Below the pieces are notes generated by a model. The model made no database searches. It was not told the origin of the DNA and saw only the letters and a program-made list of their open reading frames with translations. A stretch of 63,186 nt of DNA, filler included, from Basidiobolus ranarum (lineage: Eukaryota), in assembly GCA_040143965.1 (NCBI GenBank). It is 16 parts of 16 records of this genome, joined end to end, with 100 filler letters (N's around TTAATTAATTAA, not from the genome) between each part and the next. Parts side by side here need not be neighbours in the genome. Positions count along the whole stretch, not along the records: positions 1 to 3,872 come from JASJQH010009116.1; positions 3,973 to 7,843 come from JASJQH010009117.1; positions 7,944 to 11,813 come from JASJQH010009118.1; 13 more parts are not named here. One strand, written 5' to 3'. Numbering within the stretch: position 1 is the first letter of the stretch; each line of letters opens with the position of its first letter. Positions 1 to 10,599 of the stretch are shown here, one piece after another. The translations under genes were made by a program, and so were the position numbers.

Positions 1-793
1 ATATCAAAAGTCTCCTATACGGAAAGTTTTTACGGAAAGTTTTGCGAAAAGTAATAAGTTGATCTTATTGGCTTGTGTGACATTTTTCATCTATTCCCCC
101 CATCTAGTATACACTGGCTACTCAACGTGAATGGTAGCTAGAAGTCGTCATTGATCTTAGTGCAGAAACAGATGGCTTGGATTAGATGTAGATGTAAGGT
201 GCTGTAAATAGAAATGGCAATCAAATTTGATCACAGTTCTCCAGCTGTCTCACGCATTTGCAAATATTAGTAGTGAACTCAATATGCCTTGATATACAGT
301 TTTCTTCCATGACTAGACGGTGTGGCTCATTTCCCCTTCTTTATACACTTATGATAAAGTGCATCACCAATACAATGATCCTTGATCTATATCGATAACC
401 ACCGTCATGGCATTGAGGAGTCTATCTACAACAGGGACTTCCTCAAGCCATCGATAGTTATATAATGCCTCGTTCTTTTGATGTCCATGGTATTTACGAT
501 TTGGAAAACACACATACTGTGCACGGTGCTTAATAAATTAATCGCATACTTATTGTAAACAAACCGGATACTGGATCAGCAGTATTTATTGGATCAGGTG
601 CACCGAAATTACTGAGCCAACCGTGACAAATAATATCCAATCAAGTTCTGCTCTTTTGGGTAATTCCTCATTTTGTCACATATATATCAATTTGGATTGA
701 GTCACTCCAGTCAATCTATAAATACAGTCAGTGTGGGCTTACTACAAATCAGTCGTTCTTTGTATCTACCAAACATCATATCTTAAGAACACA

Positions 794-2506
794 ATGTCCA
801 ATATTCGTTCCTCTTTCAAATCTCAAGGCACTGCTACCTCGGAATCCGATCGCGATACTTACAAATTACGTGGTTTGATGCCTGCTGTAGTAGAATCTTT
901 GGAGAAGCAAGTGGCTCGCGCTTTTGAGCAACTTCGCAGTAAGTCCAGCGATTTAGAGAAGTACATTTTCTTAGCATGGCTAAGAAATACCAATACCCGC
1001 CTCTTCTACAAGATGGTTATGAGTTCCCCTGAGGAATTGATGCCACTAATTTACACTCCAACCGTTGGTGCCGCCTGTGTTAATTACTCCCACATTTACC
1101 CTTTCCTCGCGCCTAATGGCTCGTTTGATGGATTGTTCATTTCCATTGACGACATTCCTGTATTAGATCAATTAATCGAAAACTACAAGAATGCTCTCCC
1201 TGATTCCACTCTTACACCAGATATCTCCGTTATCACCGATGGTTCTCGTATCCTCGGACTTGGAGACTTGGGAGTTGGAGGTATGGGTATTCCTGTAGGA
1301 AAGTTACAGTTGTATGTCGCAGCAGCAGGTCTTGATCCTAGAAAGACATTGCCTATCTGTCTGGATTTCGGTACCAACAACCAGAAGAACCTTGAGGACC
1401 CATTGTATCTTGGTCTTCGTAGAAAGAGACCAGAGGGTGATGAGTTCCACCAGGCTGTGGATTCGGTTCTTGCAACTCTGAACAAGGCCTTCCCCAAGAT
1501 GTTGATTCAATTTGAAGATTTCTCGTCTGAGCACGCTTTCGAGCTTCTCGAACGCCATCGTAACCGCTACTTGAGTTTCAATGATGATATTCAAGGTACG
1601 GGAGCGGTTATTCTCTCGGGCTTCATCAATGCAGTTCGTGAAGTAGGAATCCCCGCCAAGCAACACAAGCTTCTTTTCTTTGGAGCAGGGTCAGCGGGTG
1701 TCGGTGTTGCCAAGCAAATCATGGACTATTTTGTCTTGGAACACGGTATGACCGAAGAAGAGGCCAAGAAATTGTTCTGGCTTAATGATTCAAAGGGTTT
1801 GGTAACTCATGATCGTGGAGATAAGCTGGCACAACACAAAGTGTATTTTGCACGTGAAGACAATGAAGGACAACAGTACAAGAGCTTGAAGGAAACAATT
1901 GAGCATGTCCGTCCTACTGCACTTATCGGATTGAGTTCTCAAGGTGGAGTCTTTGATGAAGAAGTTCTCAAACTTTTGTCTGAAATCAATGAAAGACCTA
2001 TCGTATTCCCACTTTCCAACCCAGCCACCCAAGCTGAGTGCTCATTCGAGCAAGCAATGATTCATACCAAAGGAAAGGTTCTGTTCGCCTCTGGAACAGC
2101 ATTCCCTCGTTATGTTGACGAGCACAAGCAAGAGCATGTCCCAGGCCAAGGTAACAACATGTACATTTTCCCTGGACTTGGACTCGGAGCCATTCTTTCC
2201 AGACCATCACGTATCACTGATACGATCATTTACGCATCAGCAGCTGCTCTTGCGGATTCATTGACTGAGGATGAACGTAAATCTCACCTTCTTTATCCCC
2301 GCATTGATCGTATTCGTGAAGTATCAGCAGTTGTAGCCGCAGCTGTATGCCGTCAAGCAGTAAAAGAGAATTTGGCTACTGAGCCATGGATACTTTCCAT
2401 TCTACCTTCTGGGGCATCAACAGAGGTTGGTTCTCCAGCCTGGGAAGAGCTACTCAAATACGTTGAAACCAACATGTGGGAGCCCAGTTATAAAGCGATA
2501 AATTGA
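794..2506 (+). CDS. Malic enzyme (NAD(P)-dependent malate dehydrogenase, decarboxylating), intronless, 570 aa
   Basis: Motifs PLIYTPTVG, TDGSRILGLGDLG, IPVGKLQLY, QFEDF, FNDDIQGTG, GAGSAGVG, PLSNP and GQGNNMYIFPG. The ORF track starts at GTG 731; the first ATG is at 794 (MSNIRSS). Confidence 0.97.
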   Translation: MSNIRSSFKSQGTATSESDRDTYKLRGLMPAVVESLEKQVARAFEQLRSKSSDLEKYIFLAWLRNTNTRLFYKMVMSSPEELMPLIYTPTVGAACVNYSHIYPFLAPNGSFDGLFISIDDIPVLDQLIENYKNALPDSTLTPDISVITDGSRILGLGDLGVGGMGIPVGKLQLYVAAAGLDPRKTLPICLDFGTNNQKNLEDPLYLGLRRKRPEGDEFHQAVDSVLATLNKAFPKMLIQFEDFSSEHAFELLERHRNRYLSFNDDIQGTGAVILSGFINAVREVGIPAKQHKLLFFGAGSAGVGVAKQIMDYFVLEHGMTEEEAKKLFWLNDSKGLVTHDRGDKLAQHKVYFAREDNEGQQYKSLKETIEHVRPTALIGLSSQGGVFDEEVLKLLSEINERPIVFPLSNPATQAECSFEQAMIHTKGKVLFASGTAFPRYVDEHKQEHVPGQGNNMYIFPGLGLGAILSRPSRITDTIIYASAAALADSLTEDERKSHLLYPRIDRIREVSAVVAAAVCRQAVKENLATEPWILSILPSGASTEVGSPAWEELLKYVETNMWEPSYKAIN

Positions 2507-3497
2507 AATATATCAAGTCTATTTGATCATCAGTGATATCGTATTGGAATGACTAGCTTTAGTTGCCTCTCCATTTTTCTTCTGCCCATACACTCATTCT
2601 CAAACTGCATTCATTCTATAGAATATATTCAAACATCCTGCTTAAATCTTGTTTGCTACCCATCATGTAAACCTGCTGACTCTACTCCATCATTGCATTA
2701 CATTTATCTACGTATTAACATTTATTCACATATAATGCCTCCACGATTTACTTTATTCGCAGCACGTGATAATACATTTCAACAAATTCTAAAAGATCGG
2801 ATTTTCAAAAGAGTACTATATATCCTAATTTGTTCTCCTATACAATTCTATCCATTATTCAATGACATAATGTGAGGTACATCCTGTTTAGCATATCCGT
2901 TCTGTATTTGGTGCATATTATGAACCGATTTCAAAGTCGTTGCATATATGCTAGCCTCTATAACTGGTTCACTTTTTTTCATGTATTTTTCAAATGACAA
3001 TATCTCTGCATTCACTCTATATATTAATTTAATACATGTCCCATAGCCTGCACAGAGCCCAATCACTAGCTCTTGATAGTACGAAAGTGATTCCACTACT
3101 CTTGGTGCCATTACATGTATTTATATTTATCACAGTTAATGAATCAGCTTTGAGCGCAACACATTATTTGCACCAAAATTATACATTATTAACTCGATTT
3201 CTAAATGGTAAGTTCTGTAAGATCTATACTTCTGACATTATGGTTTTGGCTACTGTTGTTACATGTTTCATCTACATTGTTTTTGCTAGCACCAATCTAA
3301 TCTCTCAGAATTAATCAATGATGGTTATAAGTCTACCAAATTTTCATTAGTTCAGTATATTAAGTTTTTTCACATTGACAATTAATATATGTTATGGATA
3401 TGGAAAAGATTGTATTTGTTAACAGTCCTAGTATCTAAGGTGACTCCTTAAGTAGCTTATTCCTCAAATATTTCCATAATATTTTAAGTGATATTAC

Positions 3498-3872
3498 TGT
3501 TGAAATTATCATTGCCTAAGCACCTAGCTTAGTATTGGGTTATCCTATATTTCACTAAGATATCACTCATTATTCTCAATCAGAATTTACTTAGAATATT
3601 TCTACCCACTTAGAAGTTCTCAGATATACAAATTTTTCAAACATGTGCACAAAGTTTGGGGCCTCTAGGAAAGTTTGAAAATCTATATATATAAGAACTT
3701 CTAAGTGGGTAATGTTAAAGTATTTGGGAGCCTGTTGGAGGTGGTTTGGAGAATTAGAGGAATTGGTGGTTTTCACTTATTGATTTATTGAGTAGAAAGT
3801 TGACATTTATTGTTTTGTCAAGATGTAAACAAACTAACGTATAGAATATGTTAAGGAAGGTCCCAGGAACAT
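3498..3872. mobile_element. Rearranged LTR pieces of copia family 2
   Basis: Starts TGTTGAAATT. 3498-3645 matches the reverse complement of the LTR at 20863-21210; about 3643-3712 and 3713-3872 match it in the same orientation. Confidence 0.8.
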
Positions 3873-3972
3873 NNNNNNNNNNNNNNNNNNNNNNNNNNNN
3901 NNNNNNNNNNNNNNNNTTAATTAATTAANNNNNNNNNNNNNNNNNNNNNNNNNNNNNNNNNNNNNNNNNNNN
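3873..3972. other. Artificial contig-joining spacer (first of 15)
   Basis: 44 N + TTAATTAATTAA (stops in all six frames) + 44 N. Identical spacers at 7844-7943, 11814-11913, 15782-15881, 19747-19846, 23709-23808, 27665-27764, 31621-31720, 35573-35672, 39524-39623, 43474-43573, 47423-47522, 51367-51466, 55309-55408 and 59249-59348. Contig lengths never increase, running 3872 to 3838. Confidence 0.99.
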
Positions 3973-4220
3973 CATAGCATACAATTTACCTGATTCAACC
4001 AAACAAACTAGTGAGCTTTTTACATCTGGAGAAGAGGCAGCTCCATGGAGCATGCCACCAGAAAGTAATACTGGTTTAACGCATACAACTGCATGACAGC
4101 AACAAAGGCCAACCACAAGAATTATTGAACCTTCCACTTTGTTAGATGAAGATCAGACACCTGAGAGCAATCTATTAATACAGCAATCTGCTACTATGCA
4201 TACCACCAAAGATATCAATT
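3973..4220 (+). repeat. Fragment of the unclassified repeat element also found at about 30690-30970 (opposite orientation)
   Basis: The translations align (EGSIILVVGLCCCHAVVCVKPVLLSG vs EGLIILAVGLCCCCVIVCVKPVCLSG); CpG-poor. Confidence 0.8.
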
Positions 4221-5896
4221 TGATACTCCCTAAACGGTTAGTTCGCCTATCCAGTGAGTGTTGTGATCTTTGCCCATGAGTAAACTTCCTTTTTTGTTCC
4301 CCATAAAACCTATCTACTCAACTTTCTAATTATAGACATGCATAGTAGAGCCTTTGATTGAGCCACTCTTAATTTGATCCGGCTCTCCACAAATTAGGTT
4401 GGATTTCTTTGCCAGCAGATGTCAAATGCCTGAGAGCTTACGAGATATAAATAACTAAGCCATCGAATGAGAGATGGTGGCCAAAATTCTAGGCAATGCG
4501 CCTTTGAATACTCATAGATATAGATATAAGGACTTTCGTTAATTCAAGCATCCATAGGCTATACTCAGTCGCTATACAATGGAACTCCTTGGCTATGAAG
4601 CTATTGAATTCTAACAAGAGATAGAGATTATCAATTGAAGTACGTGGGCCTAAGCTGATCAGTAAAAGGCACTTCAGGTGCTACATTTCTGGCTTCTGCT
4701 CTGAATCACCATAACCCTCTTTATCTAGTAACTGTAACCTCAACATATATTGTCTGTATTCTGCTATCACGTCGGTTCTCTTGATTACAAAACTATCTTA
4801 GTTACACTTCATCTATCAGTGGATAATTCACCAATATAGATGTGGCAAGATCAATGAGTTATTCAAGAAATCTACTCGTTTGTGAAACCTCATTGGCATG
4901 TGATGTATTTACCTAATCTGTATGGATCCACAATGATACAAGCGGTGTAATTGGTAGAATCTCAATGGAAACTTGATTTGGCCGTTTGAATGTGGCCATG
5001 TTAGATAAACTGACGAAACAAATGGTATTTTTAGTTTTCCCGTAACAATTGGTGCGAGGTGAAGATGTAATTTTCTTTGTAGCACAAACCGCACATTGCA
5101 GCACCACATTCTCAATTGTCAGTCCATATCTATAAACAATATTGTATGCAGTGTGCGCTTAGACTTCTAGGGAGCGTTGTTGCTAACCCTGATAGTGCTA
5201 TGAACCACATTTTATCACAAAAGATATACACATACAAAATACCTAGCATATTTCCTCACAATACTCTTTCTGATGAAGGATGCAGTATACTTCATTGCGT
5301 CAGGGAGATAGCTATTGAATATATTCCTTTAATATGGTGTAAGAGTGAGTCCGTGCCATGTAGATATACAAGCGGCACTTGTATACTTAATAGCGTACTA
5401 ATTGTAGAGACTTATCTCAGTTAAACTAGAAATTTTTTCAGTAAGCATGTTATTTGTTGTTAGTAATTTTCCCATTTTAGTGTCATAATAAATATGAATA
5501 GGCGTGTATTCCTTTTGTAATATAAGGAAGGTACCGAATTAGAATTTAAGGACTGTGTCAGCCATAAGAAAGAGCACTTACAATTGCTCTGTGAGTTTGC
5601 ATTATTGTGTAGGTACGTATATTCTGGGAAGTTGCGCAATCATTTACACACTCAATATTAAAACTCCAGAGAGTATTCTGGCTAAATAGGACAATACCAA
5701 TGCCTTAGTGGACCTACCCTTGGTTCTAACTGTAGATCGCTTATATGTTTTTTACTTTAAATATTAGTTGAATGTACATAATCAAGTAGCTTCACTATTT
5801 AATTTAGTAATTCCATTCTCGTAACTTTATTCAATAGCAAGATAAATATAAAATCAATCCCTATAAAAACTCCATAGCACTGTTAATTCGAGAAAA

Positions 5897-7234
5897 TCAA
5901 TTTAGATCACCAAGAGCATCAGCTATAGGAAGAATATGCTTGAGCCATTTTCTGTTTTCTGCGGCATGAAGAGATTCTTTCCATTTCTTCAGTACGATCG
6001 CAGTTCCATCCATAGCAAGGTCCCTTATTGAACCTTGGATACCACTGGAGTCAGCCATGCTGATAAGCCCAGACACAGAAGCGATAGTCCCAGCAACTCC
6101 AATGGCAGAAACGACTCCAGCGGGAATGTTACCTGTGGCGAAGAAACCGATGGTACTGATGATTCCGCCAAGGATCATGGCTATGGAGGCAGGACTAATA
6201 GAAGCACTCTGGAGGTTCACACTGCAGTCCAAGACTTGCATAAATTTATTCTCATCCCACCAATAAAAATCAGCATTGAGAATATTGCCACCATGATTTA
6301 AAAATCTCCACTTGAGGGGATCAGCATCAAACTCGAGATCTTTATCACAGGTATTCTCATAGGGCTCACTACCAGCACCACAACCAACGGTAGGTGAATC
6401 AAGAAAAGCTATTTTGAACCGACCATCTCGTGGAATAGCCACCTCTGTGGCCTCGGTATCAATTGGAATATCCAATTTCTTGACAGCGTTACCGTAACAA
6501 CCAAACTTGGTTTTTTTATCGGAGCTACAAGTAGCCAACAGCATGTAATTGATATTGATAGCTTCTTTTAAGTTAACTCCATTATTCCTTTCTTTGAAAT
6601 ATGGCATCTCCTGAACGAGGTTGCCGTTAATTCGATGGAGGTAAAATTTGGCATTTTTGGAGTCCTCAGTGAGCTCATCAAAGACACCAACTCCATCCAG
6701 AATTAATCCTTGACCATCATCTACAGATTGCAGTGCAATGTTGCCATAGTTGGATTTCTCGGTGATTATAAATATATAGCCGTTCCATCTGTACCATAAC
6801 CCAGCAGGACCACTATTGGTGGGTACCATATGCCAGGGCTTGATATCACGGTAAAGTTTGTCACCTAGGCGGATTGTTAGGGGTTTGTTACGGTCCCAGT
6901 TGGCGACAGCAAGAACTACTAAATCATGTAGATTACGGTCGTAAGCCATTGGCTTTTGGGTCCAGTATTCCTGTAGCTTATTAGGGTTACTTTCAAAGCG
7001 TGACTCCAAGACATTGCGTATACACTTGTCGTAAGGTAGTTGGAAGCCTTTTTCGAACTCGGTTTGGAGTTTAACACTCCTGGATACCAGAGGTTTTGCA
7101 GAGTTACATTTCATGGGTATCGGTGTAGAATCTAACAAAAGGTAACTCTCATCTGTAAGGTTTGCGCATCTCAATCCTTCGAATACTCCACAATTAGCAA
7201 CGGCAATCAGAGGGAAAAAAGCAAGCCAGCGCAT
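5897..7234 (-). CDS. Secreted protein of unknown function, 445 aa, with a C-terminal Gly/Ala-rich hydrophobic hairpin
   Basis: Long intronless ORF in CpG-retaining DNA. Signal-peptide-like start MRWLAFFPLIAVANC, upstream TATATA run at about 7299-7309, several Cys. No family recognised. Confidence 0.88.
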   Translation of the reverse strand: MRWLAFFPLIAVANCGVFEGLRCANLTDESYLLLDSTPIPMKCNSAKPLVSRSVKLQTEFEKGFQLPYDKCIRNVLESRFESNPNKLQEYWTQKPMAYDRNLHDLVVLAVANWDRNKPLTIRLGDKLYRDIKPWHMVPTNSGPAGLWYRWNGYIFIITEKSNYGNIALQSVDDGQGLILDGVGVFDELTEDSKNAKFYLHRINGNLVQEMPYFKERNNGVNLKEAININYMLLATCSSDKKTKFGCYGNAVKKLDIPIDTEATEVAIPRDGRFKIAFLDSPTVGCGAGSEPYENTCDKDLEFDADPLKWRFLNHGGNILNADFYWWDENKFMQVLDCSVNLQSASISPASIAMILGGIISTIGFFATGNIPAGVVSAIGVAGTIASVSGLISMADSSGIQGSIRDLAMDGTAIVLKKWKESLHAAENRKWLKHILPIADALGDLN

Positions 7235-7366
7235 GTTTTTGTAAAAATGAGCTAGGGAAAAGGAGCTTAACGTTCTACAGAATGCTGGTTAGTAGATCTA
7301 TATATATATCAACTTGGACACTCCGTGGCACTACATGTTATAATATTTGAACCCTAAGTAGTGGCC

Positions 7367-7598
7367 GGGCTGATGACCATATACTTGGCTTCATCACGCG
7401 ACTTACTATTGTATTATTACTCCATTAGCATCGAAAGCAAACACAGCAAGAGAAAGCCATAAGCAGTTATTGGGCTGACTATATTATACGTTGCCCCGTG
7501 ACATGCTATATAATTATGCTAAAACTCTACAAAGGTATGAAGGAAGATTTCGGTAAATGAAGACCATAAACAGCTACTGGGCTGATGACAATATACTT
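7367..7598. repeat. Three degenerate direct repeats (about 106-bp period) upstream of the secreted-protein gene
   Basis: GGGCTGATGACCATATACTT (7367), GGGCTGACTATATTATAC (7472), GGGCTGATGACAATATACTT (7579). Copies 2 and 3 also share upstream CCATAA.CAG.TA.T. Confidence 0.7.
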
Positions 7599-7943
7599 TG
7601 TATTCCCTTGCTTGATCAACGAAGAAGTATTGATGCAAAAGCATTACGCTATAGTTGTGGCAGATACAAGTATTACGAATGCCAATACAATTGTCATTAC
7701 TGAATTAATTCAAGGTTGAATCGGAGTACACAAACGATCATAGTTGTCCATTCTCCTAAATAACCGAAATATTCTACAAAAGTACACGCGGAGTTCTTGG
7801 AGATCACTGTATTAGGCTATCTCTTGGGTTGGAATAGTTGCGCNNNNNNNNNNNNNNNNNNNNNNNNNNNNNNNNNNNNNNNNNNNNTTAATTAATTAAN
7901 NNNNNNNNNNNNNNNNNNNNNNNNNNNNNNNNNNNNNNNNNNN

Positions 7944-8658
7944 TCTTGGGAGTAGATAAAATGATTTTCAACACTGAATGTGGAGGATATAATGTTGAAG
8001 GTGCACAGATCAAACGTAACAAACTTGATATCAGAGTAGATCTAGAGTCATCAGTACCGGGACATCAACAGTTCGAAAAAATGACTTCTGGATTGTATAT
8101 CGGAGAGATTGTTCGCTTGGCAATGGAAAACATGGCTTTGGAAGGTACCCTTTTCGAAGGAAAATTTCCAGTCGATTTGAGTACTCGGTACCTCTTTGAT
8201 TCCGAACAGATGATTGCCATGGAGAGGTATGTTTCGTCAGTTTCTATGCGTCAAGTTGAAGTTTTCCCTGACATTTCTTTTTCTACAGTGATAAATCAAC
8301 CGATCTTTTGACTGTGAAACGATTGCTTAAGCACACTCTTAACATCTCCACATCGCTTTCTGATAGACAGATTGTGAGATGCCTATGTCAGCAGGTTTGT
8401 ACTAGAGCATCCAGTCTAGTGGCTGCATGTCTGGCTGGACTTATAGAACAGCACATTCGGAAGGAACCTGAGAGAGTTATCATGGTTTCTCTTGATGGAC
8501 GGGTTCTTCACCGGTATCATCAGTACCGTCATCGTTTGTGCTCTACAATCAGAGAGTTACTTGGGGAAAATGAGAGTAAAGTTCAATTCGATTTAGTAGA
8601 GAACTTGAGTGTAGGAGCAGCAGTTGGGGCAATGCTGCAACTTAAACTTCGACAATAA
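7944..8658 (+). CDS. Hexokinase-family protein, 3' part (5' cut by contig end); exons <7944-8226 and 8289-8658
   Basis: IFNTECG, PGHQQFEKMTSGLYIGEIVRL, CTRASSLVAACLAG. Intron 8227-8288 (GTATGT...CTACAG, 62 nt) joins the two ORF-track pieces in frame. Confidence 0.9.
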
Positions 8659-9648
8659 GTTGATTTGTAATTTTTATATGCAATGGTGTTTGTAACCTAG
8701 TGGGATTGTAATATTTGATCGTTGATATTGAAACAACGTAATAAGTAACAATAGAATAATGGCTGTGATTTGTTTTCGCTCACTTAACACTAAGTGCCAG
8801 ATAGTTACTCACTTATTATATATCTTGTATCCTTTAGTATCGGTTCCTTGTGGACATATAGACTTAATGTTTAATAAAGTTGTGCTTAATAGCTATTCTT
8901 GTAAACTTTTCTCCAGTGATGTCACCCAGATTTCTCTTAAAAATATTAATGTTACGTATCTTGCTATGATTTCACGGAATCCTAGATAGAGCTCATACTT
9001 CTGTCAGACAGATAAATTGGGCAGTTAAGAGTGATAGGCACATGTTAATCTATAGGAAAATGCAGAAATATGTAATTCTTGTCCTGTTATAGCAATGACG
9101 GAGTATGCATTCAATATCCTAATAATTGGCAATTAACAGAAGTATGGGATGTTACATAAGTGCACACTATTTCTACGCACTACGCATTCACCTACTTGGT
9201 GTTCTCTACATTGCTCGCACAATCACTTGAGGTTCACTCCTTTGTGAGTGATATCTATTGTATGAATCTGATTGAAAATACAGTAGTTCAATTTGTAACT
9301 AAATCCTTTAAAATTCCTAGCTATACGCAAGGGGTGCTCTGTAGATCAATCTAGTAGCAGAATATACTAGTTTCCTGTACCTCAAGTTACAGTTACGTCA
9401 ACAGCTGAGATATGTGAAGTCGAGTCAACGTTTGTTTCACAAAATAAATCGATCTCATCACTTGATTCCATTTATAGTTTCAACTCCTATTTTAGTCAGT
9501 CCTCGTGTTGATCATGATCGAAATGATGATGCATTCACTGAATATCATATGGCGTCATCGTATTCTGTCCAATAGTATAAAAGCTCGCCAAACTCTTTCT
9601 GAAACTGACAAAAAATACTCTTTAACCTAATCCTATCTAACCTTCAAC

Positions 9649-9889
9649 ATGGCTCTCACCTGCACTGATATCTTCAAGTTCTTCTTCGCTGTCATCCTTC
9701 CTCCTCTCGGTGTCCTCATGGAACGTGGTTGTGGAATTGACTTGCTCATTAATATTGGTTTGACTCTTCTCGGATACATTCCTGGTTAGTTGATTTTTAT
9801 CGTATTGAGCATTTGATTCGTTACTAATTATTCACCATATTGATTTTATAGGTATTATTCATGCCTTCTACATTATTCTGAAGTACTGA
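9649..9889 (+). CDS. PMP3: Plasma membrane proteolipid Pmp3/UPF0057, 57 aa; exons 9649-9784 and 9852-9889
   Basis: Spliced translation MALTCTDIFKFFFAVILPPLGVLMERGCGIDLLINIGLTLLGYIPGIIHAFYIILKY*. Intron 9785-9851 GTTAGT...TACTAAT...TAG. Absent from the ORF track. Confidence 0.95.
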
Positions 9890-10599
9890 TAGCCGACGTG
9901 ATAATTCACATGTAATCATTATGCTATTTCCAAATATACAGAAATCCTAATTTGTCCTGAGAAATAAACTATCGTTCGTAGAACAATCAACCCGTACCTA
10001 TTATCACATGTTAAGCATTGCTAGTTTATTGATGGAATAGATATAACTATTGTTATCATATACTTTGCAAGGCTGTGTAATCCTGTAAGGAGTAACCTAA
10101 CTGAAATTAACGAGCTTAGTTGCTGAGTATAGTTATGCACTTCTAACTATAATTGGTTAGAGTGTTAGTATTCTGTTAAAATTTAGACCAATCAGACTTA
10201 TCTGTGAGATGCTGCGATTTTGCTAATTATTAGATGCAAAAGGGGATTGAAGAACCCTGGCTTTGTTTATGTTTGGGAGACTGAGTAGAATCATAATGTT
10301 TTGAAATATGAGTATTGTTGCCTTTAGACTTCAGTAGTAACTGAAGTGTTTTCAAATAGATATATTTTACTATTACTACCCGATATATTGTCATCTAGTT
10401 TGTATGAGTTGGTGATTACCCACCTCTTTCCCGCATTAGTCTTGGTGGTCACAAGTGTAAAAACAAGGAACTTTCATTTTTTTATTAATCTTCAATCCAA
10501 TACTCCAATCATGATTCATTAACATTAATACTACAAAAGTAAACATCAAATCTCGTGAAAACAATGGATGATATACACTACAAATAATACCAAGTTACG

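Noticed and set aside
731-793. N-terminal extension of malic enzyme from GTG 731 (likewise 25008-25082 for DUF3472-like A)
   Set aside because: Eukaryotic context; the first in-frame ATGs (794; 25007, giving a clean signal peptide) are the plausible starts.
1183-2210. Antisense and overlapping ORFs within real genes (also at 6035, 11028, 24196, 25644, 32329, 33853)
   Set aside because: Shadow ORFs of coding sequences with no recognisable features.
3917-3928. TTAATTAATTAA recurring every 3.95 kb or so, superficially a CRISPR-like or periodic array
   Set aside because: Always centred in N runs; it is a synthetic all-frame-stop linker.
4250-5450. Short ORFs and a LINE-like LWGTKKEVYSWAKIT remnant
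   Set aside because: Stop-ridden, with no diagnostic motif in a consistent frame.
9521-9541. C/D snoRNA-like ATGATGA...CTGA
   Set aside because: The boxes are only about 8 nt apart, too short for a snoRNA.
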